DNA of 64,000 bases from Candidatus Yanofskybacteria bacterium RIFCSPHIGHO2_12_FULL_45_19b. GTDB taxonomy: Bacteria; Patescibacteriota; Minisyncoccia; 2-02-FULL-40-12; IGHO2-12-FULL-4. The stretch lies in the NCBI GenBank assembly GCA_001794605.1, contig MGKD01000013.1:13463-77462 (forward strand). The letters are read 5' to 3'. A program made the translations under genes and the position numbers. How positions within the stretch are numbered: the stretch's first letter is position 1; each line of letters begins with the position of its first letter. Below are positions 56,285-64,000 of the stretch, one piece after another. Under the pieces are notes generated by a model that was given only the letters and a program-made list of their open reading frames with translations, ran no database searches and had not been told where the DNA came from.

Positions 56285-57372
56285 TTAACAAACTGGTGGT
56301 AAAATTTAAAAATCTGTTGCTGTTTGGACTATGTTTGGTTTACTGGATTTTTCGTGGCTCAGCCAAAAAAACACCAGCTGAAGTAAAAAAGGTTTTGTTT
56401 TTCCGCTCCAAGCCACACGTCGGGGATATGGTTTATGTCACGCCGCTTTTCCGGGCAGTAAAACAAACTTATCCAGAAGCAAAATTAACTTTGGTTGGTG
56501 GTGGCCGGGTGGGTGAGGTGATGGCTTTTAATCCTGATATTGATGAGCTGATTTTTTATCAAGATAATTTTTTTACCATCCTGCGTCGTCTGCGTCACGA
56601 ACGGTTTGACTTTGCTTGTCTAGCTAATCTTGGTTCAATCGAGGGACTGGCCCTGCTCTATCTCTCCGGTGTTCGGTGTATTTCAGTTTTTACTTGGGTC
56701 GAGGCTGGTCAGGGATCTTGGTTGTATAATCTTTTAAAGCGTTTGGTGGTGACTAAGCCCTTTCAGTCGGGGGTTTATGTGCCACCGCTCTATTTGGCTT
56801 TATTGGATCCGATAAAAGCCAATACTGGCGATGCGCACTTCCGGTTGTACTATTCAACAGAAGCTAAAACAAAAATCTTACAACTTTTTACAGAAAAAAA
56901 TATCGATCCACAAAAAGATTTTATTGTCGGTATGGCGGTGGGTGGATCCACTCCTGAGCGTTGGTGGCCAGCCGAACGCTTTGCACGGCTGGGGAAATAT
57001 TTATATGAAAAACATAACGCCAGACTATTTTTGATTGGTGCTGGTAAAGACGAAGAGTCAATCTCTGAAACGTTGCGTTGTTTAGGCAATACGCCAGTAG
57101 TTAATCTACTCAACCAGCCGCTAGATGAGTTTAAGGCCTTCATCGCGCACAGTAAATTGATCGTTGGCAACGACAGTGGCCCTATGGTAACCGCCGATGC
57201 TTTTGATATTCCAAATTTAGTGTTGGTTGGTCCAACCGATGAGCGGGAGTACCACCGTCCTCCCGGATCGCTTAACCGTATCGCCAAGGCAGAAGATAAA
57301 AAGATCAACTCGCTCACTATAGAAGTCGTCCAGAAAGAACTGACTGTCATCCTCTCGGCACTAGGAATCTGA
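56281..57372 (+). CDS. glycosyltransferase family 9 (heptosyltransferase-like)
   Basis: VLFFRSKPHVGDMVYVTPLFRAVKQTYPEAKLTLVGG; GNDSGPMV. Confidence 0.8.
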   Translation: MINKLVVKFKNLLLFGLCLVYWIFRGSAKKTPAEVKKVLFFRSKPHVGDMVYVTPLFRAVKQTYPEAKLTLVGGGRVGEVMAFNPDIDELIFYQDNFFTILRRLRHERFDFACLANLGSIEGLALLYLSGVRCISVFTWVEAGQGSWLYNLLKRLVVTKPFQSGVYVPPLYLALLDPIKANTGDAHFRLYYSTEAKTKILQLFTEKNIDPQKDFIVGMAVGGSTPERWWPAERFARLGKYLYEKHNARLFLIGAGKDEESISETLRCLGNTPVVNLLNQPLDEFKAFIAHSKLIVGNDSGPMVTADAFDIPNLVLVGPTDEREYHRPPGSLNRIAKAEDKKINSLTIEVVQKELTVILSALGI

Positions 57373-57393
57373 CTTACGTGATACGTTTTCTCC

Positions 57394-58218
57394 TCATGAC
57401 CTTTGCAACACTTCGGCTGGGGTTTGGAATTTGATCCCCATGTGTAAGCGTTGATTGTTGTAATAGTCTAAATATCGTTCAATCTTCCTGTTAAGTAAAG
57501 GCAGATTGGTTTTGTATTGATAGATCTCTTTTTGTAAATCTTCTTGGATAGTTCGATTGAACCTCTCTACATGGGCATTGTCATTGGGTTTTCTGACTCG
57601 ACAGTGCCGATGTCTGGTTCCTAGTGTTTGCACTAACTTGGTAAAGTAGTGAGAGAATTCACTGCCATGATCAGACTGAACACATTGGAATCGGAAAGAG
57701 GCCTTGCGCTGAGCTGCTAAGATGAATTCCTGGGCTAGCCTAGCACTAAGTTTCTGGCTTGCTCTAGCGTACGCCCACCTGGAGCAACAATCAATCAAGG
57801 TAAAGATATATATCCGCTTTCTCTCGTTTAAGTAAACATTGATGGTGTCAGTTTCCACTAATATTCCAGGCTTTTCCGGCATGGGGCGCATGCCTGATAG
57901 ATGATACTTTTTCCACTTACTCCTGGTCTTAACCAGCCCCTTTCTTCTTAAGGTCCGCTCTACACTAGAAAGACTAACCTTAATATTTTCTCTCAGCAGT
58001 TGAGCATGGACAACTTGAGCACATCTTTTTGTTTGCTTTCTGATTTGAACGATTCTTTCCACAATAGCCTCGGCTAGAGCGGTTGGTCTGCCAATCGCAG
58101 CACTGCTACGAGTAGGGATGATTCTTGCCTCAGCCTGAGTGCTTCTTTTCATCCAGCGACTGACTGTACTGGCTTGCACTCCAATGTGTTTAGCGACCCT
58201 TCGCATGCTCCAAACCAC
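57394..58218 (-). CDS. IS481-family DDE transposase (diverged paralog of 19085-19978)
   Basis: ILVETDTINV, SDHGSEF and NDNAHVERF motifs. Shares PTRSS, RPMPEKPG and LID.CSRWAYA with copy 1. Confidence 0.8.
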   Translation of the reverse strand: MVWSMRRVAKHIGVQASTVSRWMKRSTQAEARIIPTRSSAAIGRPTALAEAIVERIVQIRKQTKRCAQVVHAQLLRENIKVSLSSVERTLRRKGLVKTRSKWKKYHLSGMRPMPEKPGILVETDTINVYLNERKRIYIFTLIDCCSRWAYARASQKLSARLAQEFILAAQRKASFRFQCVQSDHGSEFSHYFTKLVQTLGTRHRHCRVRKPNDNAHVERFNRTIQEDLQKEIYQYKTNLPLLNRKIERYLDYYNNQRLHMGIKFQTPAEVLQRS

Positions 58219-58335
58219 CTTGTCTAACCAAGTTAACTGCCCCAGCTCTTAGCTTGGGCATATATGGATTCTGTGTGTATGGCATACCCTCCATTCTATA
58301 CATTTTAAAGCGAGGGTGTTGCCAAGGTGATGAAT
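57394..58335 (-). mobile_element. IS481-family-like insertion sequence copy 2 (about 942 bp)
   Basis: IR-L tcatgacctttgcaacac (57394-57411) pairs with IR-R gtgttgccaaggtgatgaa (58317-58335). 10-bp direct repeat ttacgtgata at 57374-57383 and 58338-58347. Confidence 0.6.
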
Positions 58336-58436
58336 CATTACGTGATATTGACGTATGCTGTAAAAGTATGTTACGATATGTAAGTAAGAAGCTCTTAAAA
58401 ACTGAATAGTTAACCTTTTTTCAAGAAGGGAGCGAT

Positions 58437-59144
58437 ATGCCAAAAATTGTTGGTGTGATTTGTCGAGGGGTTTTGATCGGTGCGATGTTATACGCCTCCT
58501 TGATCTACCTTGCAAAGTGGGGCGTCTCAATTAACCTGTTCACTATTTTTGTTTCTGTAACTTTTTGTTTCCTGATATTTTGGGGGTCGCTGGTGAGTGT
58601 TGAGACACAGCTAACTCCCAAAGCCAGGGGGAAGCTCTTGGGGCGACTCCTACAGGAATTGGCAAGAAGAAGAGACCGCTGGATTCCTGGACCAGCCTAT
58701 AAACCATTTCATCAACTTTGTACCTGGGGAGCGGGTGAGGTATTGGTGGTGGATCCGAAAAAGAAGGGAAGAGTCCTTCTGCGCTATCGGAGCGACGATC
58801 CCTGGGACGGCTGGCAAGTGATGGGTGGCTATATTAAACCCCTCGAATCGGTGCAGGAATTTTGTAATCGGACAGTGCAAGAGGATGCGGGTTTAGGAGA
58901 AGTGAAGGTGGTAGGAGTGCTGGCGACTTCCAAATGGTTGAATCACCCCTTTTCCTTTCCGCTATGCGTGCTGTTGTTGTGCTATCCCGTCGGAGAGGTA
59001 GTGGAAAGGGAAGACCTTCGCTGGTTTGAGATCGGTGATCTGCCTTTCAACAAAATGCAACACCCTCGGCACCGCGATTACCTGGAGGCTTACCTGGCAT
59101 ATTTGAAAAATCCAGATAAGATTTGTCCAATACTCGGTGAGTAA
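58437..59144 (+). CDS. membrane-anchored Nudix hydrolase
   Basis: Two N-terminal TM helices. Nudix box GGYIKPLESVQEFCNRTVQEDAGL (Gx5Ex7REUxEExGU-like). Confidence 0.6.
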   Translation: MPKIVGVICRGVLIGAMLYASLIYLAKWGVSINLFTIFVSVTFCFLIFWGSLVSVETQLTPKARGKLLGRLLQELARRRDRWIPGPAYKPFHQLCTWGAGEVLVVDPKKKGRVLLRYRSDDPWDGWQVMGGYIKPLESVQEFCNRTVQEDAGLGEVKVVGVLATSKWLNHPFSFPLCVLLLCYPVGEVVEREDLRWFEIGDLPFNKMQHPRHRDYLEAYLAYLKNPDKICPILGE

Positions 59145-59171
59145 GCAGTAGGCAAGTAGTTTTTTGAGAGC

Positions 59172-59205
59172 AAAGCCATCCAAAGCGGGTGGCTTTCTTT
59201 TTTTA
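59172..59205 (+). terminator. rho-independent terminator aagccatcc-aaagc-gggtggctt + T8
   Basis: Hairpin with one G-U pair followed by tcttttttt. Confidence 0.6.
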
Positions 59206-59229
59206 TATTAAAGAGTTAATATCTAGACC

Positions 59230-59628
59230 ATGGGCAAAACTAATAGTATTCTAATTCCAATCTCTCCAGCCGAGTTGATTGATAAGATCTGCATTTTGGA
59301 AATCAAAGCGGAAAAAATCACCGATCCGGAAAAGAATAAAAACATCAAGAACGAACTAGAGAAGTTGCTGGTGATATGGCAGGAAAAAATTGTCAACTCG
59401 CCGGCGCTGGAAAGTCTGAAGGCCAAACTTAAGGCGGCCAGTCTGCGTGGTTGGGAGGCAGAGGATATTAAGCGGGCTTGCGAGCGGGAGGAAGATTTTG
59501 GCACACGTTTTATTGCCGCTGCGCGTACCGCCTACCAAAACAATGATGATCGGGCGGCGATCTGGAAAGAGATCAACTTACTACTTAAATCCGATATTGT
59601 TCAGGAGAAGTCCTACGAAAAATACTAA
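59230..59628 (+). CDS. conserved hypothetical small protein
   Basis: 132-aa ORF; IPISPAELIDKICILEIKAEKITD N-terminus. Confidence 0.4.
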   Translation: MGKTNSILIPISPAELIDKICILEIKAEKITDPEKNKNIKNELEKLLVIWQEKIVNSPALESLKAKLKAASLRGWEAEDIKRACEREEDFGTRFIAAARTAYQNNDDRAAIWKEINLLLKSDIVQEKSYEKY

Positions 59629-60353
59629 TCTTCTGCTTCGTATAGTTTAGCTTGGCCATCTTTTACAATTACCATATCGCCATTTTTAAACTGGCTTTTT
59701 CCAGTGATGACTTTTTTGATAACTCTTCCAATTACCTCTGGATCTTGGTAAAGCTTGGCATCACCAGCGATTTTTTGGCGCATGGGAGTATTGGTTCGGC
59801 CGGGACAAATAGTAAGGCAACTCAAGTTGGATTTAACCTGCGTAAAATTCTGCGCCGTCACCTTAGAATAAAAATTCAAGGCTACTTTGGAGACAGCATA
59901 GACCGGCGAGTCGGAACTACCCCAAATACCAGCAATAGAGGATATATTAATAACACCACCCCTCTCTTTCAGTAGTGGTGAAAGTAATCTGGTTAAGTAA
60001 ATTACCGCCAGGGTGTTTACTCTAAACATAGCAGAAAAGTCTTTCAGTTTTTCCTCATGCTCGATGTAGCCAGCGGAATTAATTAACCAATCGATAGTGG
60101 AAAACCGCTTTTTTATAGTTTTTGAAAATTTTATTATCTCCTCCAGATTTTCCAGGTTAACTATAAATGAAAAGCACACTCCGCCACTAGCGATTATCGC
60201 TGTCTGAGTTTCATCCAGATGCTTTTTACTCTTACCTACCGCAATAATAGTAGCACCGGCTTCTGCCAATACTTGCGCGGTGGCTTGGCCGATCCCACTA
60301 CCCGCGCCGGTGATGATTATAGTTTTACTAGTTAGGCTATTTTTCATATTCAT
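59625..60353 (-). CDS. short-chain dehydrogenase/reductase (SDR)
   Basis: TGAGSGIGQATAQVLAEAGA; YAVSK. Confidence 0.8.
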   Translation of the reverse strand: MNMKNSLTSKTIIITGAGSGIGQATAQVLAEAGATIIAVGKSKKHLDETQTAIIASGGVCFSFIVNLENLEEIIKFSKTIKKRFSTIDWLINSAGYIEHEEKLKDFSAMFRVNTLAVIYLTRLLSPLLKERGGVINISSIAGIWGSSDSPVYAVSKVALNFYSKVTAQNFTQVKSNLSCLTICPGRTNTPMRQKIAGDAKLYQDPEVIGRVIKKVITGKSQFKNGDMVIVKDGQAKLYEAED

Positions 60354-60355
60354 AT

Positions 60356-62656
60356 TTAGGCCTCAATAATATTAAATTCTGGGCAGGGAACAATAAACTT
60401 ACCACCGGCCTGCAAGTACTGGGTCTCGCGCTGGCGAAACTCGTTGACGAAATGCCAGGGCAACATCAATAGGTAGTCTGGTTTACGCTGGCGCATCTCC
60501 TCTTCGGAGTAGATCGGGATGTTAGTGCCAGCGGTACGCAGGCCATATTTAGCCGGCGAACGTTCGGCAATGCCCTCGATCAGGTGGTTGTCTAATCCGA
60601 ACCATTGCAATAGGGTATTGCCTTTGGTGGAGGCGCCGTAACCCCAAATACGTTTGCCCTTGGCTTTTTCTTGTTTAATAAAGTTAACCGTTTGCGCGCG
60701 TAGAGCCAGAATTTTTTCATGAAAAGCTTGATAAGTCTTGGGGCTATTTAGTTGCAAGGCCTTTTCATGATTTAACACGGTGGCCACTCGATAATCTGCC
60801 ACGTCGCGGTAGGGAGCGCTGGCAAACATTATCGGGTTAGCATTTTGCTTGCGGATATAGATACGAAAACTGCCGCCGTTGGTGTCATTTAGTTGGCAGT
60901 CAACGATCTTTAACTGGTGTTGGTCTAGTAGATACTTTAAAGAAGATAAACTAAAATAGGTAACATGTTCATGGCAAATATTATCAAAGGCCGACTGTTT
61001 GAGCATTAGTGGCAGGTAGCTCATCTGGATAATCCACAAGCCATCATCATCCATAATGACATTAACATCTCGCACAAAAGCATGTAAGTTATCTAAATCA
61101 TAAAACATCGCAATGGAAGTAATCGCCTTGGCCTTACGATCGCCATAACTAGTGCGTTGATAGGCGGCAGCGGAGAAATAGTCCTTGATCACTAGGTCGG
61201 CATGTGTCTCGGCTCCATGAATATTTTGTGCCGGCTCAAAACCTACGCGCACGATTTCTGGCGGGATATTTTTTAATAAAGTTCCATCGTTGCACCCAAT
61301 ATCTATCCAGACGTCACCTTTTTTTAGGCGCATCAACTGCTGTACCGAGGTGGCAATATCCGATAATTCTCTGGTCATAGTCGCGTTAGTGCCGGATTTG
61401 TACCAATACTGGGAATACATCAGGTCGGGTGGGGTGGTATGCGCTAATTGTACTAGACCAGATTGTGGAGCAAGACAAAGTTTTAACTCCTCCTTGTGTA
61501 GGGTGCCACGGTGGTCGGAGGGTATAAAATTAGATAGGTGGATCTCGCCCAAAGAAAAAAGCGGCGTTAGCTTCTCTCCTGAGACGCGACAAGTAGTATG
61601 CTCTTTGACCTGGTCGATCCGATCCTGGATTAGAACTTTAGCCAGGTTGGCCGGCTTTAGATCGGCTTGAAATAAACGATAACCATTATCCGCGATTCTG
61701 GTCAAAACCGCTGGATTGTTTTTGGCGAAGCGAATCTTCTCTGCTAGGTCAATGGCATCGGCCGGTAAGCAGGCCAAGCAGGTCTCTTTTTCTTTTAACA
61801 GCTCAAAGATACCGGGGGCACGGGCGGTTAAATAGGGTAACCCAAGCGCCAGGGTCTCAAAAGCTTTATGTGGGATGGTGCGCTCCAGGCGCTCATGGTT
61901 AGAGAGCTGACCTAAGCTCAAATGCGTTTCCAGCATCAGTCGGCGCAGAACGGAATCGTCTATTCTTTCTCTAATCCATTCCACGTTGTTTAGTTGGTGG
62001 CGTTCGATAAAATCAGCCACTTTTTTGTCCAGCATACCGCGGCCGATAATACGGAATTTTATATTTTCAGCTTTTAAAATCCGAGCGGCTTCTAGAGCAT
62101 ATTCAATGCCCGATTCCGGCGTGAATAGGCCACGGAAAAGTACAGTGAATGCGGGCAATTTTTTTACCGCTAGGTCGGGATAAAAGACCTGATCATCGGC
62201 TCCGGTCCAGGCTCGTACCAACTTCTTTTCCGAAACAAAAAAACGTTTTTGAATGTAGTGCTTTTGCTGGTAACTTTCTACTAAGATTAAATCGGCCGAG
62301 TGGAAGGCTAACCAGTCCACCAGCCAGCAGTACAAGGCTTTTAGCGAGAGCCATCTATTATAATTGCGAGAGACAATGATACCTTCATAAAGTGAGCCAA
62401 TGGCGTTGAAAACAATGCGTTTGCGACTGATTAGGTTTATAAATGGCACCAAGATATGCGCCGAATAACCGACCAGAGCCAGATCATAATCGCCCCTCAA
62501 GGTGCGATGGTGCCGATATATTTTCCAAAATTTAGCTAGGGCGGGCGAATCGTCTAAATATTCAATCACCTCTACGCCATTTTCTTTCAGTCCACGCAAA
62601 TAAACTACGTCGCGTGGTGGCGGAAGCTTAGTAATATTCACATAATAAATCTTCAT
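60356..62656 (-). CDS. bifunctional protein: N-terminal GT-B glycosyltransferase-like domain fused to C-terminal sugar C-methyltransferase-like domain
   Basis: N-terminal ERTIPHKAFETLALGLPYL (GT4-like EX7E region). C-terminal WIDIGCNDGTLL SAM motif and CHEHVTYFS C-methyltransferase signature. Confidence 0.55.
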   Translation of the reverse strand: MKIYYVNITKLPPPRDVVYLRGLKENGVEVIEYLDDSPALAKFWKIYRHHRTLRGDYDLALVGYSAHILVPFINLISRKRIVFNAIGSLYEGIIVSRNYNRWLSLKALYCWLVDWLAFHSADLILVESYQQKHYIQKRFFVSEKKLVRAWTGADDQVFYPDLAVKKLPAFTVLFRGLFTPESGIEYALEAARILKAENIKFRIIGRGMLDKKVADFIERHQLNNVEWIRERIDDSVLRRLMLETHLSLGQLSNHERLERTIPHKAFETLALGLPYLTARAPGIFELLKEKETCLACLPADAIDLAEKIRFAKNNPAVLTRIADNGYRLFQADLKPANLAKVLIQDRIDQVKEHTTCRVSGEKLTPLFSLGEIHLSNFIPSDHRGTLHKEELKLCLAPQSGLVQLAHTTPPDLMYSQYWYKSGTNATMTRELSDIATSVQQLMRLKKGDVWIDIGCNDGTLLKNIPPEIVRVGFEPAQNIHGAETHADLVIKDYFSAAAYQRTSYGDRKAKAITSIAMFYDLDNLHAFVRDVNVIMDDDGLWIIQMSYLPLMLKQSAFDNICHEHVTYFSLSSLKYLLDQHQLKIVDCQLNDTNGGSFRIYIRKQNANPIMFASAPYRDVADYRVATVLNHEKALQLNSPKTYQAFHEKILALRAQTVNFIKQEKAKGKRIWGYGASTKGNTLLQWFGLDNHLIEGIAERSPAKYGLRTAGTNIPIYSEEEMRQRKPDYLLMLPWHFVNEFRQRETQYLQAGGKFIVPCPEFNIIEA

Positions 62657-62665
62657 TTTTTAGTT

Positions 62666-63601
62666 TTAAATTAAATGATTTTGTTTAAACCAGGCAATCG
62701 TTTTTCTTAATCCGGTTTCTAAACTATGACGGGCTTGGAAGTTAAATTCCGCTTTAGCTCTGGAAACATCCAACCGACGGCGTAGCTGGCCATCTGGTTT
62801 GGTTTTGTCCCAACGGATTTCTCCCCGGTAACCCATTAGTTTACAGATCAACTTAACTAACTGACTAATTTTTATTTCTTGGCCACTGCCGATATTTACT
62901 GGCAAAGAGCTGTTATATTTTTTAGTGGCCAAAACAATGGAGCGCGCAGCATCCTCGACATATAGGAATTCGCGCGAGGCCTGGCCACTTCCCCAGACTT
63001 CAATAAACTTACTCTGGTTTTCTTTTGCTTCACGTACCTTCCTGATTAAAGCTGGTATGACGTGTGAACTGTTGGTAGAAAAATTGTCACCTGGACCATA
63101 GAGATTTACGGGCAGGAGATAGATAGCATTGAAATCATATTGCTGTCGGTAGGCTACCGCCTGAACCAAAAGCATTTTTTTAGCCAAGCCATAAGGGGCA
63201 TTAGTCTCCTCTGGATAGCCAATCCATAAATCCTTTTCTTTAAAGGGAGCTGGGGTATTTTTGGGATAAGCGCAAACTGTACCAACGGCAACAAATTTCT
63301 CGACACCGGCTTGACGGGCGGTCTCCATTAGCTGTACCCCCATCATCAAGTTGTCATAAAACAGTTCACCAGGCTTTTCACGGTTATAACCAATACCGCC
63401 AACGTTGCCGGCTAGATGAATGACAATATCTCTGCCACGAACTGCTTTCTGGCAATTTTCTAGTTTGCGGAGGTCAAGTTGCTTAGACCGTGGAATGAAA
63501 ATATTTTCTTTTTTGTAGCCCTGCTTAATGAGTTCTTGAACAACAAATTTACCCAAAAACCCAGCTCCACCAGTCAATAGGATTTTTTTATTGCTCGGCA
63601 T
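62666..63601 (-). CDS. fcl: GDP-L-fucose synthase (GDP-4-keto-6-deoxymannose 3,5-epimerase/4-reductase)
   Basis: ILLTGGAGFLG; NLYGPGDNF; SHVIPAL; KPDGQLRRRLDV. Confidence 0.8.
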   Translation of the reverse strand: MPSNKKILLTGGAGFLGKFVVQELIKQGYKKENIFIPRSKQLDLRKLENCQKAVRGRDIVIHLAGNVGGIGYNREKPGELFYDNLMMGVQLMETARQAGVEKFVAVGTVCAYPKNTPAPFKEKDLWIGYPEETNAPYGLAKKMLLVQAVAYRQQYDFNAIYLLPVNLYGPGDNFSTNSSHVIPALIRKVREAKENQSKFIEVWGSGQASREFLYVEDAARSIVLATKKYNSSLPVNIGSGQEIKISQLVKLICKLMGYRGEIRWDKTKPDGQLRRRLDVSRAKAEFNFQARHSLETGLRKTIAWFKQNHLI

Positions 63602-64000
63602 TGAGGTCGGCTTCTACCATAATTCTAACCAACTGAGGGAGTTTTGTTTTTGCCTGCCAGCCAAGTTTCTTTTTGGCTTTGGTGGGGTCGGCTCTTAAGA
63701 CGTTAACCTCGGTTGGGCGCAGATAGTTTTTATCGATAACGACATATTTTTTATAATCACCGAGGCCAGCCTCCTGAAAAGCTAATTCTAAAAAATCCTT
63801 AATGGTATGGGTTTCGCCGGTGCCGATAACAAAATCTTCTGGTTTGTCTTGCTGCAACATTAGATACATGGCTTCGACATACTCTGGTGTATAACCCCAA
63901 TCACGCTTGGCATCAAGGTTACCCAAGTAAATCTTTTTCTCTAAACCGGCTACAATATGAGCGATCCCGCGCGTGATCTTTCGGGTAACAAAAGTTTCGC
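63588..64000 (-). CDS. gmd: GDP-mannose 4,6-dehydratase, C-terminal part (gene continues beyond window end)
   Basis: GNLDAKRDWGYTPEYVEAMYLMLQQDKPEDFVIGTGETH. ORF open to the window edge. Confidence 0.8.
   Translation of the reverse strand, partial: ETFVTRKITRGIAHIVAGLEKKIYLGNLDAKRDWGYTPEYVEAMYLMLQQDKPEDFVIGTGETHTIKDFLELAFQEAGLGDYKKYVVIDKNYLRPTEVNVLRADPTKAKKKLGWQAKTKLPQLVRIMVEADLNAEQ

Noticed and set aside
1-64000. CRISPR arrays, tRNA or rRNA genes
   Set aside because: No regularly spaced direct repeats of 25-40 bp with unique spacers, no tRNA-like cloverleaf or GTTCGA T-loop, and no rRNA-like segments were seen in the intergenic regions.

Overview
Low-GC (about 43%) bacterial window with many TTG starts and overlapping genes, consistent with a small-genome, possibly Patescibacteria/CPR-like organism (inference). 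Three themes. (1) Cell-surface architecture: a 5'-partial beta-helix/Ig-like surface protein, an adjacent dockerin-bearing FN3 protein next to a membrane-anchored cohesin-like protein, a roughly 1200-aa S-layer-like protein, two TMTC-like GT-C/TPR membrane proteins and a GSDH-type beta-propeller. (2) A small mobile island around 3.2-6.1 kb: an IS200-like/REP-associated tyrosine transposase (RAYT) flanked by near-perfect REP-type palindromes (CCTACCTTGAGGTT-t-AACCTCAAGGTAGG), a duplicated CapA 3'-end remnant, and a GC3-rich orphan ORF. (3) A glycan island of about 37 kb bracketed by two diverged IS481-family IS copies. It holds six GT4, two GT2 polyprenyl-P-sugar synthases, an ArnE-like protein plus GT-C, a Wzm/Wzt ABC exporter, and a nonulosonic-acid (legionaminic/pseudaminic-type) biosynthesis operon. 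That operon includes a WbuX/HisH/HisF-like acetamidino amidotransferase triad, methyltransferases and a formyltransferase. A Maf-like DUF115 protein is divergently paired with a B12-radical-SAM enzyme. GT9, Nudix, SDR, Fcl and Gmd follow. Other signals: an in-frame MITE-like 72-bp insertion, a 48-bp perfect palindrome with a 10-mer iteron array, and poly-G/poly-A tracts in the dockerin gene. No rRNA, tRNA or CRISPR was recognised.
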